Source of the DNA: Alphaproteobacteria bacterium | GTDB taxonomy: Bacteria; Pseudomonadota; Alphaproteobacteria; Rhizobiales; NORP267 | Reading direction: 5' to 3' | NCBI GenBank assembly: GCA_028599125.1 | Contig: JAQRMX010000028.1 | Coordinates: forward strand, 3,898 to 67,897 | DNA length: 64,000 nucleotides | Shown here: positions 62,684-64,000 of the stretch, piece by piece | How the letters are laid out: every line of letters starts with the position of its first letter | Numbering within the stretch: position 1 is the first letter of the stretch | Made by a program: the position numbers and the translations under genes | The notes under the pieces: model-generated | Told to the model about the DNA's origin: nothing | Database searches by the model: none | The model's input: only the letters and a program-made list of their open reading frames with translations

Positions 62684-63181
62684 TTGTATTTTTCCTTTTC
62701 TTGTTATTTCTTGTTATTTCTTGTTATTTCTGGTTTTTTTGTGGATTATTTGGTTTTAAAAACACTCCATATCCTTTCTATAATTGCCTGGATGGCTGGT
62801 CTTCTCTACCTTCCTCGCCTTTTTGTTTATCATGCAGACGTATCACCGGAGAGCGAAACGGCGTCTGTTTTCAAACTTATGGAGCGACGTTTGTTGAGGA
62901 TAATCATGACACCGGCCCTAATTGCGAGCTGGATTTTTGGTCTTGGTACTGCTTATGTGTTTGATTTTAAAGCTTTTATGCAACAGCCTTGGTTTCATTT
63001 AAAATTAGGTCTTGTTATTTTGCTTGTAGGTCATCATTTTTTTCTTGCGTATCATGTACGTCTTTTTGCACGGGGAAATAACCACCATAGCGCTATTTTC
63101 TATCGTGTTATTAATGAAATTCCTGTTCCTCTTATCATTCTCATTGTTGGACTGGTTGTTATCCGTCCCTTTGAATCCTAA
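62684..63181 (+). CDS. hemJ: Protoporphyrinogen IX oxidase HemJ (UPF0093/CopD-like membrane protein); start uncertain (TTG 62684 or in-frame GTG 62741)
   Basis: The segment KTLHILSIIAWMAGLLYLPRLFVYH is typical of HemJ, and the protein has four hydrophobic helices. It follows hemE. HemJ homologs usually have only ~6-20 aa before this helix, which favours the GTG at 62741. Confidence 0.85.
   Translation: MYFSFSCYFLLFLVISGFFVDYLVLKTLHILSIIAWMAGLLYLPRLFVYHADVSPESETASVFKLMERRLLRIIMTPALIASWIFGLGTAYVFDFKAFMQQPWFHLKLGLVILLVGHHFFLAYHVRLFARGNNHHSAIFYRVINEIPVPLIILIVGLVVIRPFES
62701..62730. repeat. 10-bp tandem repeat x3 (ttgttatttc)
   Basis: Three perfect copies, read directly. They lie at the 5' end of or just upstream of hemJ, depending on which start codon is used. 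Confidence 0.95.
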
Positions 63182-63492
63182 GCGGTTTTGGGAATTGACA
63201 TTTAAGTATTTTTGATGTTTTGTGTTTCTGTCTTCCCTTTTGAGGGATGATATGCTTATACGCTTCCCGTTTTTGTTCCTGAGAGTGAAGTTGGTTTCGT
63301 GTAGGTGTTTTTCCTGTCCTTCCTTAATAACCGGTCATTTAATAAAAAACTCTTGCATTTCTCATTCCTTGAGTTCGTTTCAGGGATGGAATTCCTGAGT
63401 GGTTTTTTTTTCCGGGATATAAAATATTTTTCTCCGTTTCATGTTCAAGAAGTCTTCCCCCCCCGTTATCACATAATGAATGGAAATGATAA

Positions 63493-64000
63493 ATGCAGGA
63501 AATAAAGCTGCAAGAGCTTAAGTCAAAATCACCAGCGGAATTGTTGAATTTTGCAGAAAAACTTGATGTTGAAGGTGCCAGCACTATGCGAAAGCAGGAG
63601 CTGATGTTTACCATTCTCAAGCAGCTTGCTTTGCGTGAAACCACGATTATCGGGTCAGGTGTTGTTGAAGTTTTGCAGGATGGTTTTGGCTTTTTGCGGT
63701 CTCCGGACGCAAATTATTTACCTGGTCCGGATGATATTTATATAGCACCTAGTCAGATCCGGCGTTTTTTTCTGCGTAGCGGAGATACAGTAGAAGGCCA
63801 GATAAGAAGCCCGAAGGACGGTGAGCGCTATTTTGCCTTGCTCAAAGTAAATACGATCAATTTTGAAGATCCGGAAAATGTGCTTCATAAAATCCATTTT
63901 GATAATTTGACTCCGCTCTATCCTGATAGTCGTCTGCGTATGGAATTTGATGACCCAACGATAACGACAAAAGATATGAGTTCACGGATTATTGATATTG
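63493..64000 (+). CDS. rho: Transcription termination factor Rho, N-terminal ~169 codons (runs off the right edge)
   Basis: Missing from the ORF track because there is no stop in the window. The ATG at 63493 gives [44 protein letters not shown]..., followed by the RNA-binding segment [25 protein letters not shown]. Confidence 0.95.
   Translation, partial: MQEIKLQELKSKSPAELLNFAEKLDVEGASTMRKQELMFTILKQLALRETTIIGSGVVEVLQDGFGFLRSPDANYLPGPDDIYIAPSQIRRFFLRSGDTVEGQIRSPKDGERYFALLKVNTINFEDPENVLHKIHFDNLTPLYPDSRLRMEFDDPTITTKDMSSRIIDI

Noticed and set aside
63305-63644. ORFs 63305-63505 (+) and 63339-63644 (-) upstream of and overlapping rho
   Set aside because: The first is a T-rich low-complexity frame in the rho leader. 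The second is antisense to the unmistakable rho N-terminus.
1-64000. Search for mobile elements, a prophage, toxin-antitoxin pairs, or defence or secretion systems
   Set aside because: No transposase, integrase, phage, restriction, Cas or secretion-like ORF or terminal inverted repeat was recognised. All sizeable ORFs except one orphan are accounted for by housekeeping families.

Overview
This 64-kb window looks like chromosome from a moderately AT-rich, probably genome-reduced alphaproteobacterium with Rhizobiales-type synteny. The gene order is infB-ylxR-nusA-rimP, trmB, metK, lnt-corC-ybeY-miaB, rimI-tsaB, trpS-murJ, mutS, gshB, hemW-rdgB-rph | hrcA-grpE, dnaK-dnaJ, pyrF, dapB-gpmA, nth, the his operon, hslVU, secB | dnaQ-coaE-maf-DUF299 | hemE-hemJ-rho. 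I call about 58 protein-coding genes, nearly all core housekeeping. Two of them run off the window edges and are missing from the ORF track: infB on the left and rho on the right. By eye I saw no rRNA, tRNA, CRISPR array, transposase or integrase, and no recognisable defence, secretion or prophage module. Eye-scanning for tRNA and ncRNA is unreliable, so that part needs tools. I did not find a convincing novel multi-gene system. The items most worth a second look are: (1) a candidate replication origin in the DUF299/hemE divergent gap, with clustered near-consensus DnaA boxes and a visible flip in strand composition; (2) a hybrid sensor kinase whose phospho-accepting His and ATP-binding boxes are degenerate while its receiver domain keeps the Asp; (3) a seamless in-frame HisE-CoaA fusion; (4) a his operon interrupted by two diverged DUF2628 paralogs and about 1.4 kb of ORF-poor spacer; (5) in-frame hexanucleotide microsatellites at the 5' end of grpE; (6) an orphan coiled-coil ORF lying antisense between grpE and dnaK; (7) several perfect short tandem duplications in promoter-proximal DNA; (8) apparent loss of ybeZ, glnD and aroE from otherwise conserved operons. 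Many long ORFs in the track lie antisense to real genes and are rejected as composition artefacts. All coordinates and motifs were read by eye. No database search or numerical skew calculation was done.
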